This document shows positions 48,794 to 59,662 of a stretch of DNA of 64,000 nt, piece by piece; the stretch's first letter is position 1; the number at the start of each line of letters is the position of its first letter. The stretch lies in NCBI GenBank assembly GCA_964492615.1, contig CAZBKZ010000006.1, positions 18,712 through 82,711 on the forward strand. The letters run 5' to 3'. This DNA is from an uncultured Syntrophomonadaceae bacterium. Its GTDB lineage: Bacteria; Bacillota; Dethiobacteria; DTU022. The translations under genes and the position numbers were made by a program. The notes under the pieces are model-generated. The model had not been told where the DNA came from, made no database searches, and saw only the letters and a list, made by a program, of their open reading frames with translations.

Positions 48794-49816
48794 CTAACCG
48801 CGTCTACTCATTAACTCGCGAGTTATTTCTTCAAGGACTGACCTTTTTTCGCTGCTTACCTGCATTAACCTACCCAGGTCCCGGATAGCCATATCCGCAT
48901 AATACCCGGCTTTACTGCGTGTATATTCTATTCCACTGCTTTGACAGACTACCGAAGCTGCGTTACAAATTGTTTCTTCACTACTGCATTCATGCTTCAT
49001 AAAATATTCCAGGATTAATTTCTTCTTACCTTCGCTCTCGGCAATCGCCCTGATCAGGGGCAGGGTTAAAACCTTATTCTTCAGGTCACCATAAAGTGGT
49101 TTTCCTGTTAAGCGATCACTACCTGTATAATCGAGAAGATCATCTACCAGTTGAAAAGCTATACCCAGGTTAAAACCAAAGCTGGCCCATATCTTTTGTT
49201 GATCGTGATCATCGCCGCCTAACAAGCTTCCGGCTTCACAACACCCGGCAAAAAATGAAGCGCTCTTTTTGCCGATCCAGCTAAAATAGCGCGCTTCAAG
49301 ATTCTCTGAACTTATATCGCAAAAAGCCTGCTCTACTTCCCCTTCGGCCAGTTTCTGCGTCATACCGACAACTATATCCATCAGCTGCCAGTTTTTAATG
49401 TCAACTAGTATCTTAAAAACCTGGCTTAGAATAAAATCTCCGCTTAATACGGCAATTTTATTATTCCAATGTAGATGTACCGTTTCTTTGCCACGGCGTA
49501 TCGCTGCCCGATCAATTACATCATCGTGTAAAAGTGATGCAGTATGCAACAGCTCCAGGGCTGAAGCTACCCCAACCAAAGGAGCTAATTCCAAACCATT
49601 ACGCTGGGCTGCAACAAGGAACAACGCGGGACGAATCCTTTTGCCCCTGCCGTTGATAATATACTCACCAACCATTTTTATTTCCGGACCTGATGATTCC
49701 ACAACAAGCTTGAGTTGATCTTCCACCAGGGCCAAATCATTTTCAATTAAGTGCCATTTCTTTGTCAGTTTATTTGCCCCTGTTCCGTTATTGTAGTTAT
49801 CACCTTTGTTCGACAT
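48794..49816 (-). CDS. Polyprenyl diphosphate synthase (HepT/IspB-type)
   Basis: LLHDDVIDRA and FQLVDDLLDYTG aspartate-rich motifs. Confidence 0.8.
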   Translation of the reverse strand: MSNKGDNYNNGTGANKLTKKWHLIENDLALVEDQLKLVVESSGPEIKMVGEYIINGRGKRIRPALFLVAAQRNGLELAPLVGVASALELLHTASLLHDDVIDRAAIRRGKETVHLHWNNKIAVLSGDFILSQVFKILVDIKNWQLMDIVVGMTQKLAEGEVEQAFCDISSENLEARYFSWIGKKSASFFAGCCEAGSLLGGDDHDQQKIWASFGFNLGIAFQLVDDLLDYTGSDRLTGKPLYGDLKNKVLTLPLIRAIAESEGKKKLILEYFMKHECSSEETICNAASVVCQSSGIEYTRSKAGYYADMAIRDLGRLMQVSSEKRSVLEEITRELMSRRG

Positions 49817-49834
49817 TGTACAATAGAAATCCTT

Positions 49835-50422
49835 TCAGAGCCGGATACCCTTTTTATTCCCCTCTTTCTGCACAATTAAAAGCTCGGGCGGCCTATTACT
49901 GCGATTAATCAGCTTGAAACAGGCAGCACTGTATTCAGCCGACGGCAGGCCTTCACAAGCAGCAAGCAAACCATCTCTTTCAATAACACCTTGGTCATGC
50001 CCCGGGTACATGGTAACTGTTAACAACCCGCCGGGTTTGATTAACCCCAGCGCCTGTTTGAAACTGGCCAGGGTTGTATTTAGTCTTGTTGCAATGCTGT
50101 GATCCCCTCCGGGCAGGTAGCCAAGATTATATATAATTGCCGCTGCCGGCTCTTGAAGATAACTATTCATAAATTCGTGCCCATCTTTGATTAAAGTCAC
50201 TTGATCAGTCATATCATTCTCTTTCAATCTTGCCGCTGTAGCAGCCAGCGCTTTCTCTTGTATATCAAAAGAATAAACCTGCCCTGATCGACCTACTTTT
50301 TCAGCCAGGTAAAGCGTGTCATAACCATTTCCCGCTGTTGCATCAACAACACAATCACCTTCACCGATAACTTGGTCCAGGTAAAAATGGGCCATTTTAG
50401 CAACCTGGCATAGTTTTAACAT
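49835..50422 (-). CDS. Class I SAM-dependent methyltransferase (YtqB/MnmM-like)
   Basis: VVDATAGNGYDTLYLA SAM-binding motif. Confidence 0.55.
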   Translation of the reverse strand: MLKLCQVAKMAHFYLDQVIGEGDCVVDATAGNGYDTLYLAEKVGRSGQVYSFDIQEKALAATAARLKENDMTDQVTLIKDGHEFMNSYLQEPAAAIIYNLGYLPGGDHSIATRLNTTLASFKQALGLIKPGGLLTVTMYPGHDQGVIERDGLLAACEGLPSAEYSAACFKLINRSNRPPELLIVQKEGNKKGIRL

Positions 50423-50436
50423 AGCAGGTAATCCTC

Positions 50437-50727
50437 CTAGTATCTTTCAAGGCGTGATGATATGATATCAACTTCATTATTCTGTTCCACGTAGCTGAAA
50501 ATATTTTCCAGCACCTTGTCCGCGCCTGCCCCATTGTGACATACAACTGCAAGCCCAAGTTCAGAACGCTGCCACAAATCCTGGCTGCCTACCTCTGTAA
50601 CTGACACATTAAACCTGTTACGCAGCCTCTGGATAAGGCTTTTCATAACCTGCCGCTTTGATTTCAAAGAAGTTGCGCCGGGAATGTGCAGCTCAAGCAG
50701 GCATATCGCCACACGCATAAAATTCAC
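50437..50727 (-). CDS. DUF503-family protein
   Basis: 96 aa; ICLLELHIPGATSLKSKRQV is typical of DUF503. Confidence 0.55.
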   Translation of the reverse strand: MNFMRVAICLLELHIPGATSLKSKRQVMKSLIQRLRNRFNVSVTEVGSQDLWQRSELGLAVVCHNGAGADKVLENIFSYVEQNNEVDIISSRLERY

Positions 50728-50813
50728 CTACCAGCATCTATAATAATAGCATTGAACAAAGGGCACAGTTTACTGTGCCCTCTTTTTGCATTATCTATAA
50801 AGGTTACTATTGA

Positions 50814-51182
50814 TCAAGTAAGATATTTTTTTAATAAATCCCATAGTTCCTGCGGTTTAAAAGGTTTGGTCATATAGTTGTCTGCACCAAGGTCAACTGC
50901 TCTCTGCCGATCTTCTTCTTCTGCTTTTGCTGTCAAAACAATAATTGGTATGCCCTTAGTTGCCTCATCACTTTTCAACACTTTCAGGACTTCAAAACCG
51001 TCTATTTTAGGCAGCAGCAGGTCCAGCAAAATTAAATCGGGATGCTGCCTGCTCACGGCATCAAGGGCTTCCTGGCCATCTTCAACAATTTCCACTTCAT
51101 AGCCTACTGCATCCAGGCAGGTACGAACCCCCAGGATAACGTTTTTTTCATCTTCAACCAGCAGAATTCGTTTGTTCATCAA
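50814..51182 (-). CDS. Single-domain response regulator (receiver only)
   Basis: ILLVEDE...D...LLDLLLP...LTAK receiver motifs. Confidence 0.8.
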   Translation of the reverse strand: MMNKRILLVEDEKNVILGVRTCLDAVGYEVEIVEDGQEALDAVSRQHPDLILLDLLLPKIDGFEVLKVLKSDEATKGIPIIVLTAKAEEEDRQRAVDLGADNYMTKPFKPQELWDLLKKYLT

Positions 51183-52294
51183 TCAACCTCCTTATCCTGA
51201 TCAGAACCCGGTAAAGTAACTGCTTGCTTATCCTGATATACAGGAAAGGTGAAAGTAAATGTAGTCCCTTTACCGACATCACTATCCACCCAAATCTCTC
51301 CTCCGTGAGCCATCACAATATCTTTGGCTATAGCTAAGCCCAGGCCCACACCTCCAACTCCCGTTCGCCCGGGGCCACTGACCTGGACATACTTGCGAAA
51401 TATTTTTTCCTGATGCTCTTTTGGAATACCGCACCCGGTATCCTCAACTGAAAAGAAGAGTCTTTTCCCACGCTGCCTTACCCTTACAGTAATAGTACCC
51501 CCCGGGTCAGTGTAACGCATGGCGTTACCAACCAGGTTAGTCAACACCCAAACTGATTTATTGAAATCGGCAGCAACAGGAGGAACTTCCGGAGGCAAAT
51601 TGGTAATCAATTCAATACCCTGGCGTTCAGCCTGCAGCTTAAGTGGTCGGACTGCCTCCTGTACCAAATCTGTAACGTTTATCGGCTCAGCCTCAACATA
51701 AATTGTGCCCGATTCAATCCTGGACAGTTCCATCAAGTTATCAATCAGGCGGTTTAATCTTTCACAGTCTGAGCCAATAGCTTCCAAAACTTCCTTTCCG
51801 CGGGGCGTTAGATCGCCAAGCATACCTTCTTTTAACATTTCCACACCAACTATTATTGTGGTCAAAGGTGTTCTGAATTCATGCGATACAATCGAAACAA
51901 AATCAGTTTTTATTTTTTCCATTTCATGAAAACGGGTAACATCAGTCATCTGAACCAGGGCACCCCACAGCTCATCCTGGTGGAAAACAGGGTTTATAGC
52001 AATTTTAAAGAAAAATCGCTCATCAAGACGTTTAACCTTGATAGAGGCTTCTTCGTAAGAACATTTCAGGGGGGTTTTCTTTTCAAAAACATCATTAATC
52101 AATCCATCAATTTTTTTAATCGAGGTCAAATCGGCGATAGGTTTACCTCCGGCCTGTTTAAAACCGGCATTAAAAAAATCCTCCGCTTTTTTATTAAGCC
52201 AGACAACATTTTTATTCAGATCAACAATAAAAACCGGATCGGCCAGGTTGTCAGCAATAGTATCCAAATTAACAGGAGCCGGTAGATTACTCAA
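51179..52294 (-). CDS. PAS-domain sensor histidine kinase
   Basis: H-box SHEFRTPL and HATPase G-boxes. Overlaps the regulator gene by 4 nt. Confidence 0.8.
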   Translation of the reverse strand: MSNLPAPVNLDTIADNLADPVFIVDLNKNVVWLNKKAEDFFNAGFKQAGGKPIADLTSIKKIDGLINDVFEKKTPLKCSYEEASIKVKRLDERFFFKIAINPVFHQDELWGALVQMTDVTRFHEMEKIKTDFVSIVSHEFRTPLTTIIVGVEMLKEGMLGDLTPRGKEVLEAIGSDCERLNRLIDNLMELSRIESGTIYVEAEPINVTDLVQEAVRPLKLQAERQGIELITNLPPEVPPVAADFNKSVWVLTNLVGNAMRYTDPGGTITVRVRQRGKRLFFSVEDTGCGIPKEHQEKIFRKYVQVSGPGRTGVGGVGLGLAIAKDIVMAHGGEIWVDSDVGKGTTFTFTFPVYQDKQAVTLPGSDQDKEVD

Positions 52295-52518
52295 ATTTAC
52301 ACCTGCCTTTCTATCAAAACCTTCAGAATAGTATCATTGATATATTATTTTTCGCCTATTCATTATAACATTATCACCCTTTATTGAAAAGCATCAGCTC
52401 CTGAATCTTCCTACCCTGCATATATTATTAAGATCATGGCCTATTTTTATCTGCTTTTGCAAGTTATATGCTATTATTAATAGACTACCCGAAACCTGAT
52501 GAGGATTGGAGGATAACT

Positions 52519-52998
52519 ATGCAAGAGATAATTGCAATTATTGTTGCTTCAATAATATTCCTGGTAGGTCTTCTCGGCACTCTGCTACCCGTGTTACCTG
52601 GGGCGCCCCTGATCTGGACCGGTATGCTCATTTACGGTTTTATTGCCGGGTTTGAGAATCTCGGCCCCACATTTCTGATTATCCAGGCCCTGCTTGCAGT
52701 TGCGGTCATGGCTGTCGACTATCTTTTTGCCGCCCTCGGGAGCCGCTATTTCGGAGGGTCAAAAGCTGCCCTCTGGGGTGCTGCGGCCGGTCTCTTCGTC
52801 GGCCTTTTCTTCTTTCCATTCGGTTTGTTGCTTGGACCTTTCGTCGGCGCAACCCTGGCCGATTTGCTTTTCAGACGCAATACCGACCAGGCTGTTAAAT
52901 CGGGGATTGGAGCTTCGATTGGCTTTTTAAGCGCTCTACCGATCAAGCTTGTCATTGAAATGATCATGATTATCTGGTTTATAGTTCGAATTATTTGA
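52519..52998 (+). CDS. DUF456-family membrane protein
   Basis: GLLGTLLPVLPGAPLIW motif. Start at MQEIIAII. Confidence 0.55.
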   Translation: MQEIIAIIVASIIFLVGLLGTLLPVLPGAPLIWTGMLIYGFIAGFENLGPTFLIIQALLAVAVMAVDYLFAALGSRYFGGSKAALWGAAAGLFVGLFFFPFGLLLGPFVGATLADLLFRRNTDQAVKSGIGASIGFLSALPIKLVIEMIMIIWFIVRII

Positions 52999-53124
52999 TA
53001 TAGTCTATAATTTGTATATAATTTTACCACAAGGCAGGATATTGCAAAAAGAGGGGAGAATAGTATGAAAAGCAATTATATTATAAAAAGCTGATAAAGC
53101 ATAAAAGGAGGTTCAACTGTTTAG

Positions 53125-54804
53125 ATGGAAAAAGTATGGCTTAAGAATTACGAACCGGGAGTTCCCCACAGTGTTGATTACCCCCCCATTTCGCTTTACC
53201 AGGCTTTTCTGGACGCAGCAGAAAAATATAGCAACAGACCCGCTGTACACTTCATGGGTCGTGAGCTGGCCTATTCTGAGATTAAAGAAAAAGCAGAAAG
53301 CCTGGCAGCAGCCTTAACTGATTTAGGTGTTAAAAAAGGTGACCGGGTAGCCATTCACCTGCCAAACTGCACCCAGTTTCCAATTGCCTATTTTGCTGCG
53401 CTCTCCCTTGGTGCCATTGTAGTGCCCTGTAACCCGCTATATGTCGCCAGGGAAATGGAATACCAGCTTAAGGATTCCGGCGCAGAAACAATCATCACCT
53501 TGACCAGGTTCTATAAAATGATCAAGCAGATACAACCAAAAACAAATCTTAAAAATATTGTAGTTTCCAACATCAAAGACTACTTTCCCGGCAAACTGCG
53601 CTTCCTTTACACGGTTGTTAAAGAGAAAAAAGAAGGAGATCGCGTTGACCTGGTTGCTGGAGACCACTCATTTACAGGATTGATAGAACAATACGCCGGC
53701 AAAAAACCGCCTGATGTTGATGTTAAACCGGAAGACAGGTCTCTTTTCCTCTACACAGGCGGGACCACGGGAGTTTCCAAGGGAGCCGTTTTACTGCACA
53801 GCAACCTCATAGCGAATATGCTGCAGGTAAAATCCTGGTGCACTGATTATACTGACGGCAAAGAAACTATCCTTGGTGTTTTACCTTTCTTCCACAGCTA
53901 TGGGCTTACTACAATTCTAAACCTCGGGCTTTTAAACGGCGGCAAACTAGTACTGCTGCCCCGTTTTGAACTGGAAACGGTTTTAAAAACCATTGACAAG
54001 CAGAAACCTACCCTTTTCCCCGGCGTTCCAACTATTTATGTGGCGATCAACAACGCTGCAAACCTTGAAAAATACGATATTAAATCAATCAGGGTTTGCA
54101 TCAGCGGGGCTGCTCCCCTTCCGGTAGAAGTTCAACAACAGTTTGAAAAAAACACCGGGGGCAAACTGGTCGAAGGTTATGGTTTATCCGAAACCTCACC
54201 TGTAACCCATGCCAACCCAATTTACGGCAATCGCAAACCCGGTAGTATCGGACTGCCCATGCCTGATACGGAGTATAAAATTGTTGATGTAGAAACCGGA
54301 GAAACCGAACTGCCAATCGGTGAGGTGGGAGAACTTTGTATTAAGGGACCCCAGGTTATGGAAGGCTATCTGAACATGCCCGATGAAACCGCCAACAGTA
54401 TCAGGGATGGCTGGTTCTATACCGGTGACATAGCGAGAGCAGATGAAGACGGGTATACATATATCGTCGACCGCAAGAAGGATATGGTCATTGCCGGCGG
54501 TTTCAATATCTATCCGCGTGACATTGAAGAAGTCCTCTATACCCACCCGAAGATCATGGAGGCTGCAGTTGCCGGAATCAACGACCCTTATCGCGGCGAA
54601 ACCCTCAAGGCTTATGTAGTCCTTAAAGAGGGCGAAACCATGACCGAAGAAGAAGTGGTTGAACACTGTAAGGCTAACCTGGCCGCTTACAAGGTGCCAA
54701 AACTGGTCGAGTTCAAGAAAGAGCTGCCGAAAACCATGGTCGGTAAAGTACTGCGGCGCATGTTGCGCGAAGAAGAAGAAAAGAAAGGGCCTGCTGAAGG
54801 TTAA
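53125..54804 (+). CDS. fadD: Long-chain fatty-acid--CoA ligase (AMP-binding)
   Basis: AMP-binding signature LYTGGTTGVSKG and C-terminal conserved Lys. Confidence 0.8.
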   Translation: MEKVWLKNYEPGVPHSVDYPPISLYQAFLDAAEKYSNRPAVHFMGRELAYSEIKEKAESLAAALTDLGVKKGDRVAIHLPNCTQFPIAYFAALSLGAIVVPCNPLYVAREMEYQLKDSGAETIITLTRFYKMIKQIQPKTNLKNIVVSNIKDYFPGKLRFLYTVVKEKKEGDRVDLVAGDHSFTGLIEQYAGKKPPDVDVKPEDRSLFLYTGGTTGVSKGAVLLHSNLIANMLQVKSWCTDYTDGKETILGVLPFFHSYGLTTILNLGLLNGGKLVLLPRFELETVLKTIDKQKPTLFPGVPTIYVAINNAANLEKYDIKSIRVCISGAAPLPVEVQQQFEKNTGGKLVEGYGLSETSPVTHANPIYGNRKPGSIGLPMPDTEYKIVDVETGETELPIGEVGELCIKGPQVMEGYLNMPDETANSIRDGWFYTGDIARADEDGYTYIVDRKKDMVIAGGFNIYPRDIEEVLYTHPKIMEAAVAGINDPYRGETLKAYVVLKEGETMTEEEVVEHCKANLAAYKVPKLVEFKKELPKTMVGKVLRRMLREEEEKKGPAEG

Positions 54805-54901
54805 ACCTTAATCCGCTCAGTATAAATCGAAAATGTTAAGAAGCGGGTTCATCTGAACCCGCTTCTTATTTGGCAATTTTCGGTATTAAATATTTTTATG
54901 T

Positions 54902-56284
54902 TCAATTCTGTTGTTTTAAAGCAGCATGAGCAAGTTCGAGCTGCTTTTTAACCGCCGTAGGGGCAGTGCCGCCGCGACACTTACGGGCTCCTGCCACCAG
55001 GGCCGGATCAAGAAGATCATCAATCTGGTGGGCCAGAGAATGATGAAACCTGCCCCGGGTTTCAGAATCAATTTCCCTTAGCCTGATTCCCTGCTCCCGG
55101 CAGAATGAAATCATCCGACCGATCAGATGGTGGCCCTCCCTGAATGAAACACCATTGCGAACAAGGTAATCGGCCAGATCCGTTGCACACAGGTAATCAT
55201 CATCAACAGCTTCTTTCAAGCGATCACGGTTCACCGACATAGTCTCCAGCATTTCTGCAAAAAGGGGCAATATGGCCTTTACTGTATCGATAGTGTCAAA
55301 AAACCCTTCCTTATCTTCCTGCATATCCTTGTTATAGGCCAGCGGCAGTCCTTTCATTACCGTAAGCATGGCCATCAGGTTACCATATATTCTGCCGCTC
55401 TTGGCACGCACAAGTTCAGCCACATCCGGATTTTTCTTCTGCGGCATCATGCTGCTGCCAGTAGTATATGCATCATCAAGTTCTATAAAACTGAATTCGG
55501 CGGTTGACCAGTAAATAAGTTCTTCACTCAAACGGCTTAAATGCATGATCAAAATAGAGGCAAATGAGAGAAACTCCAGGATAAAATCACGATCGCTTAC
55601 AGCATCCATACTGTTCTCATATATAGCATTAAAGCCAAGCGCATTGGCTACCTGCTCGCGGTCAAGAGGAAAGCCGCTGCCGGCAAGTGCACCGGCGCCC
55701 AGGGGCATCAAATCAGCCCGGATCAAAACCCCTTTAAGGCGTTCGCGGTCACGCTGCAGCATCCAAAAATAAGCAAGCAAGTGATGAGCAAAAAGTACCG
55801 GCTGGGCGCGCTGCATGTGGGTATAGCCTGGTATGAGCAGATCGTCATAACGTTCAGCCAGCTTTAACAGGGTGCCCTGCAGTTTTTCAAGCATCTGCAT
55901 CATCAACCAACCTTCATCAAGCATATATAGATGCATATCCAGAGCAACCTGGTCGTTTCGGCTTCTGCCGGTGTGCAGTTTGCCGCCAACAGGGCCAACT
56001 TTTTCGATCAAAGATTTTTCGATGTTCATATGAATATCTTCAAAAGCGAGATCATATGTAAAAGAACCATTAATAATCTCCGCCTCGATCTCTTTCAGCC
56101 CCTGCACTATTAACTTTGTCTCATCTACAGTAAGCACGGACTGGCCGGCCAGCATCTCTGCATGGGCAATACTGCCCCTGATGTCATGAAGAGCCAGGCG
56201 CCGATCAAAAGTTAAAGATGCGCTGAATTCAAGAACCGATTCCGCGGTATCTTTTGTAAAACGACCCTGCCAAGGTTTCTTCAG
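54902..56284 (-). CDS. argH: Argininosuccinate lyase, probable CTG start overlapping the argG stop
   Basis: The frame is open upstream of the track's ATG back to AGGAGGTGAC-TAA. It encodes (M)[44 protein letters not shown], the conserved ArgH N-terminus. CTG lies 10 nt after AGGAGG. Confidence 0.75.
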   Translation of the reverse strand: MKKPWQGRFTKDTAESVLEFSASLTFDRRLALHDIRGSIAHAEMLAGQSVLTVDETKLIVQGLKEIEAEIINGSFTYDLAFEDIHMNIEKSLIEKVGPVGGKLHTGRSRNDQVALDMHLYMLDEGWLMMQMLEKLQGTLLKLAERYDDLLIPGYTHMQRAQPVLFAHHLLAYFWMLQRDRERLKGVLIRADLMPLGAGALAGSGFPLDREQVANALGFNAIYENSMDAVSDRDFILEFLSFASILIMHLSRLSEELIYWSTAEFSFIELDDAYTTGSSMMPQKKNPDVAELVRAKSGRIYGNLMAMLTVMKGLPLAYNKDMQEDKEGFFDTIDTVKAILPLFAEMLETMSVNRDRLKEAVDDDYLCATDLADYLVRNGVSFREGHHLIGRMISFCREQGIRLREIDSETRGRFHHSLAHQIDDLLDPALVAGARKCRGGTAPTAVKKQLELAHAALKQQN

Positions 56285-57516
56285 TTTTTAGTCACCTCCT
56301 GTTTAGAATTCTTATTTTTAAAATCCATCATGCCTTTAATCATTAAAGGCAGCCCATAAAGATTGATAAACCCCTGGGCATCCTTTTGTTCGAAAAGATC
56401 ATCCTCTTCAAATGTTACCATACCATGATGATAAAGAGTATGCTCAGACTCCCTGCCGGCAATATTAATATTGCCCTTGTATAGTTTTAAGGTGATTGTC
56501 CCGGAAACCGGTTCCTGTGTTTTCTCAATAAATGCCTGCAGCGCCTCGCGCAGGGGGCTGAACCAGAGTCCGTAATAGATCATTTCGGCATACTTTAGGG
56601 CCAGGGTTTCCTTATAATGCAGAGTTTCCCGATCCAAAGTATAATGCTCAAGCTCCCGATGGGCATGCGTCAGAACGGTTCCGCCGGGGGTTTCATAAAT
56701 ACCGCGGGATTTCATGCCGAGCAAACGGTTTTCAACCATATCAACCCGGCCTACACCGTTACGTCCGGCTATTTCATTAAGTTTTTCCAGCATTGCAACA
56801 GGTTCCATGGCATTACCATTAACCATTACCGGAATACCTTTGCTAAATGTTATGGAAACTGTTTCGGGATCATCGGGCGCCTCAAGAGGATCAACCGTTA
56901 ACCTAAACATATCACTGTCCGGTTCCTGGTTCGGGTCCTCCAATATGCCGCCCTCAAAGCTGATATGCCATATGTTGCGGTCTATACTGTACGGTTTTTC
57001 CGCAGTTACAGGAATCGGTATATCATGACTGCATGCATAATTGATACAGTCTGTCCGTGAATGCAGGTTCCATTCCCGCCAGGGAGCTACAATTTTAAGG
57101 TAAGGGTTAAGGGCTTTTATGGCAAACTCAAACCTGACCTGGTCATTACCTTTACCCGTAGCGCCATGGGCAATTGCAGTCGCCCCAACCTTCTCGGCTA
57201 TCTCTACCAGCCTTTTACCGATTACCGGACGGGCAATGGCTGTTCCCAGCAGGTACTTACCCTCATAAACTGCTCCGGACTGGATCATGGGGAAAATATA
57301 ATCCCTGACCAGTTCATCCCTGATATCCTCGATAAACACATCAGATGCCCCTGTTTTGAGAGCTTTTTCCTTCAATCCTTCCAGCTCGCCATTACCCTGA
57401 CCCACATCTGCTGTCATGGCAACAACATCGTAATCATATGTTTCCTGCAGCCATTTAACAATGACCGATGTGTCCAACCCTCCTGAATATGCCAGTACAA
57501 CTTTTTCTTTTCCCAT
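56281..57516 (-). CDS. argG: Argininosuccinate synthase
   Basis: [11 protein letters not shown]-loop. Confidence 0.85.
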   Translation of the reverse strand: MGKEKVVLAYSGGLDTSVIVKWLQETYDYDVVAMTADVGQGNGELEGLKEKALKTGASDVFIEDIRDELVRDYIFPMIQSGAVYEGKYLLGTAIARPVIGKRLVEIAEKVGATAIAHGATGKGNDQVRFEFAIKALNPYLKIVAPWREWNLHSRTDCINYACSHDIPIPVTAEKPYSIDRNIWHISFEGGILEDPNQEPDSDMFRLTVDPLEAPDDPETVSITFSKGIPVMVNGNAMEPVAMLEKLNEIAGRNGVGRVDMVENRLLGMKSRGIYETPGGTVLTHAHRELEHYTLDRETLHYKETLALKYAEMIYYGLWFSPLREALQAFIEKTQEPVSGTITLKLYKGNINIAGRESEHTLYHHGMVTFEEDDLFEQKDAQGFINLYGLPLMIKGMMDFKNKNSKQEVTKN

Positions 57517-57528
57517 GTTTTCTCCTCC

Positions 57529-58725
57529 TTACAATATGATTTCCTGAAATACCTTATAGATAATTGACAGTCCTTCATCAATTTCACTTTCGCTTATTAT
57601 TAACGGCGGCAGCAAACGCAAAGTGTTGTCGCCGATGGCATTGATTAACAGCCCTTCCTCCAAACATTGCTCATAAATCTTCTTAGCGGCAGGTTGATTG
57701 ATTTCCAGGGCACACATCAACCCGAGACCCCGGTATTCCCCCTGAACGGCAGGAAACCGGGATATAAGGTCTTTCAACCCGTTTTCGAGCAGCTGCCCCT
57801 TTTTCTTCACCCCGGTCAGAAAACCTTCAGCTGTAATAATTTCCAATACTGCCCGGGCTGCTTCGCAAACAACTGCATTGCCGCCAAATGTTGAGGCGTG
57901 GTCACCCGGTTGAAAAATATCTTTATACTCTTCACTGGCAACCAGGGCACCGATAGGCAGCCCGCCGCCCAGACCCTTGGCCAAAGTAATAAGGTCGGGT
58001 TTAATCCCGTAGTTTTCAAATGCCCACAAGCTGCCTGTTCTACCCATCCCACACTGAATCTCATCAAATATCAGCAGGATTCCTTCACGATCACAGAGTT
58101 CGCGCAGACCCTTTAAAAAAGCGCTATCAGCAACGAATACTCCACCTTCACCCTGGATCGGTTCAAGCATAATGGCTGCCGTTTCCTGGTCAACCAGCGC
58201 ATCAAATGAATCTATATCGTTAAAAATGCCGTAAGAAAAACCATCCAGCAGGGGAGTAAATGCCTTCCTGTATTTCAGCTGCCCCGTGGCGCTTAAAGTC
58301 GCCATGGTCCGGCCATGGAATGAACGCTCAGCTGCAACAATTTTGTAACGTCCGGGTTTGTTTTTGCGGGCCAGCTTAATCGCAGCCTCATTTGCCTCGG
58401 CCCCGCTGTTCGCAAAAAATACTTTACCTCCCGGCAAGGTTCTATCGACCAGTTCTGCAGCCAAAAGTGCCTGGGGGGCTGTATAGTAGAGGTTTGATGT
58501 ATGGCTCAATATCCCGGCTTGCTTGCAAATCACCTCCACTACTCCCGGGTGGCAGTGCCCCACTACATTAACAGCCAGGCCGCCCAGAAAATCGAGGTAT
58601 TTTTTACCCTCTTCATCCCATAAGTATGCCCCTTCTCCCCTGGCCAGATTTGGAGTGATACCGGGCTGCCGGCTATAAGTGTTAATAATGTATTTGCTTT
58701 CAAGATCTTCAATTCTGCCCATCAC
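57529..58725 (-). CDS. argD: Acetylornithine aminotransferase
   Basis: Class-III aminotransferase, ~400 aa; position in the operon. Confidence 0.85.
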   Translation of the reverse strand: MMGRIEDLESKYIINTYSRQPGITPNLARGEGAYLWDEEGKKYLDFLGGLAVNVVGHCHPGVVEVICKQAGILSHTSNLYYTAPQALLAAELVDRTLPGGKVFFANSGAEANEAAIKLARKNKPGRYKIVAAERSFHGRTMATLSATGQLKYRKAFTPLLDGFSYGIFNDIDSFDALVDQETAAIMLEPIQGEGGVFVADSAFLKGLRELCDREGILLIFDEIQCGMGRTGSLWAFENYGIKPDLITLAKGLGGGLPIGALVASEEYKDIFQPGDHASTFGGNAVVCEAARAVLEIITAEGFLTGVKKKGQLLENGLKDLISRFPAVQGEYRGLGLMCALEINQPAAKKIYEQCLEEGLLINAIGDNTLRLLPPLIISESEIDEGLSIIYKVFQEIIL

Positions 58726-58745
58726 AATCTCCCTTCTTACAGTTT

Positions 58746-59645
58746 TTATCTGGTTACCATCGTACCAACCCCGGCATCGGTAAATATCTCCAGGATCAAT
58801 GAATGGGGCACCCTGCCGTCAATAATGTGTGTTCGGCGCACCCCGCCGTCAAGAGCCATCAGGCAGGACTCGACCTTGGGAATCATGCCTCCGCTGATTT
58901 CACCATTCATAATCATCGCTCTAATCTCGCGGCGTTTGATTGCAGAGATAAATTCAACTGAACCTTCTTCTTCCCGGTAAATGCCGTCCACATCAGTCAA
59001 CACAATCATTTTTTCCGCTTTTAGTGAAACTGCCAGCTCACCAGCCACATAGTCGGCATTAATGTTCAGGCTTTCACCGTTTAAACCAGCGCCTATCGAG
59101 GAAATTACCGGTATATAACCGCTTTCGCTAAGGTTAAATATTGGATCGGGATCAATCTGAATGATTTCACCGACCCGCCCCAGATCGACCTTTTCATTAC
59201 CCGTTTCACCATTCACCTTAACCTTGTCTTTACGCCGGGCCTGCAGAAATCCGGCATCACGGCCGCTGAGACCAATTGCCTTTGCTCCCTGGCGATTAAA
59301 GAGACTGACAATGTGCTGGTTAACTTTACCCATTAAAACCATCTCTACTATTTCCATGGTCTCGTCATCGGTTACCCGGAGCCCATTAACAAAGCGAGGC
59401 TCTTTCCCCAGTTTAGCCATTACCTGGTTTACTTCTTTCCCTCCACCGTGAACCAAAACAGGCTTAATACCGATATATTTCATTAAAACAAGGTCAAGAA
59501 TAACAGTATCCATCAGGTCAGGGCTGACCATTGCCTGCCCCCCGTATTTAACAACAAAATATTTTCCCGCATAAGCACGCATATAAGGCAGCGCCTCTAC
59601 CAGAACTTCAGCCTTCGGTATACTTTTCAGGGCTTCCTGGTTCAT
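58746..59645 (-). CDS. argB: Acetylglutamate kinase
   Basis: VVKYGG...VHGGG amino-acid-kinase motifs. Confidence 0.85.
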   Translation of the reverse strand: MNQEALKSIPKAEVLVEALPYMRAYAGKYFVVKYGGQAMVSPDLMDTVILDLVLMKYIGIKPVLVHGGGKEVNQVMAKLGKEPRFVNGLRVTDDETMEIVEMVLMGKVNQHIVSLFNRQGAKAIGLSGRDAGFLQARRKDKVKVNGETGNEKVDLGRVGEIIQIDPDPIFNLSESGYIPVISSIGAGLNGESLNINADYVAGELAVSLKAEKMIVLTDVDGIYREEEGSVEFISAIKRREIRAMIMNGEISGGMIPKVESCLMALDGGVRRTHIIDGRVPHSLILEIFTDAGVGTMVTR

Positions 59646-59662
59646 TACTGTAACCTCTTTTC

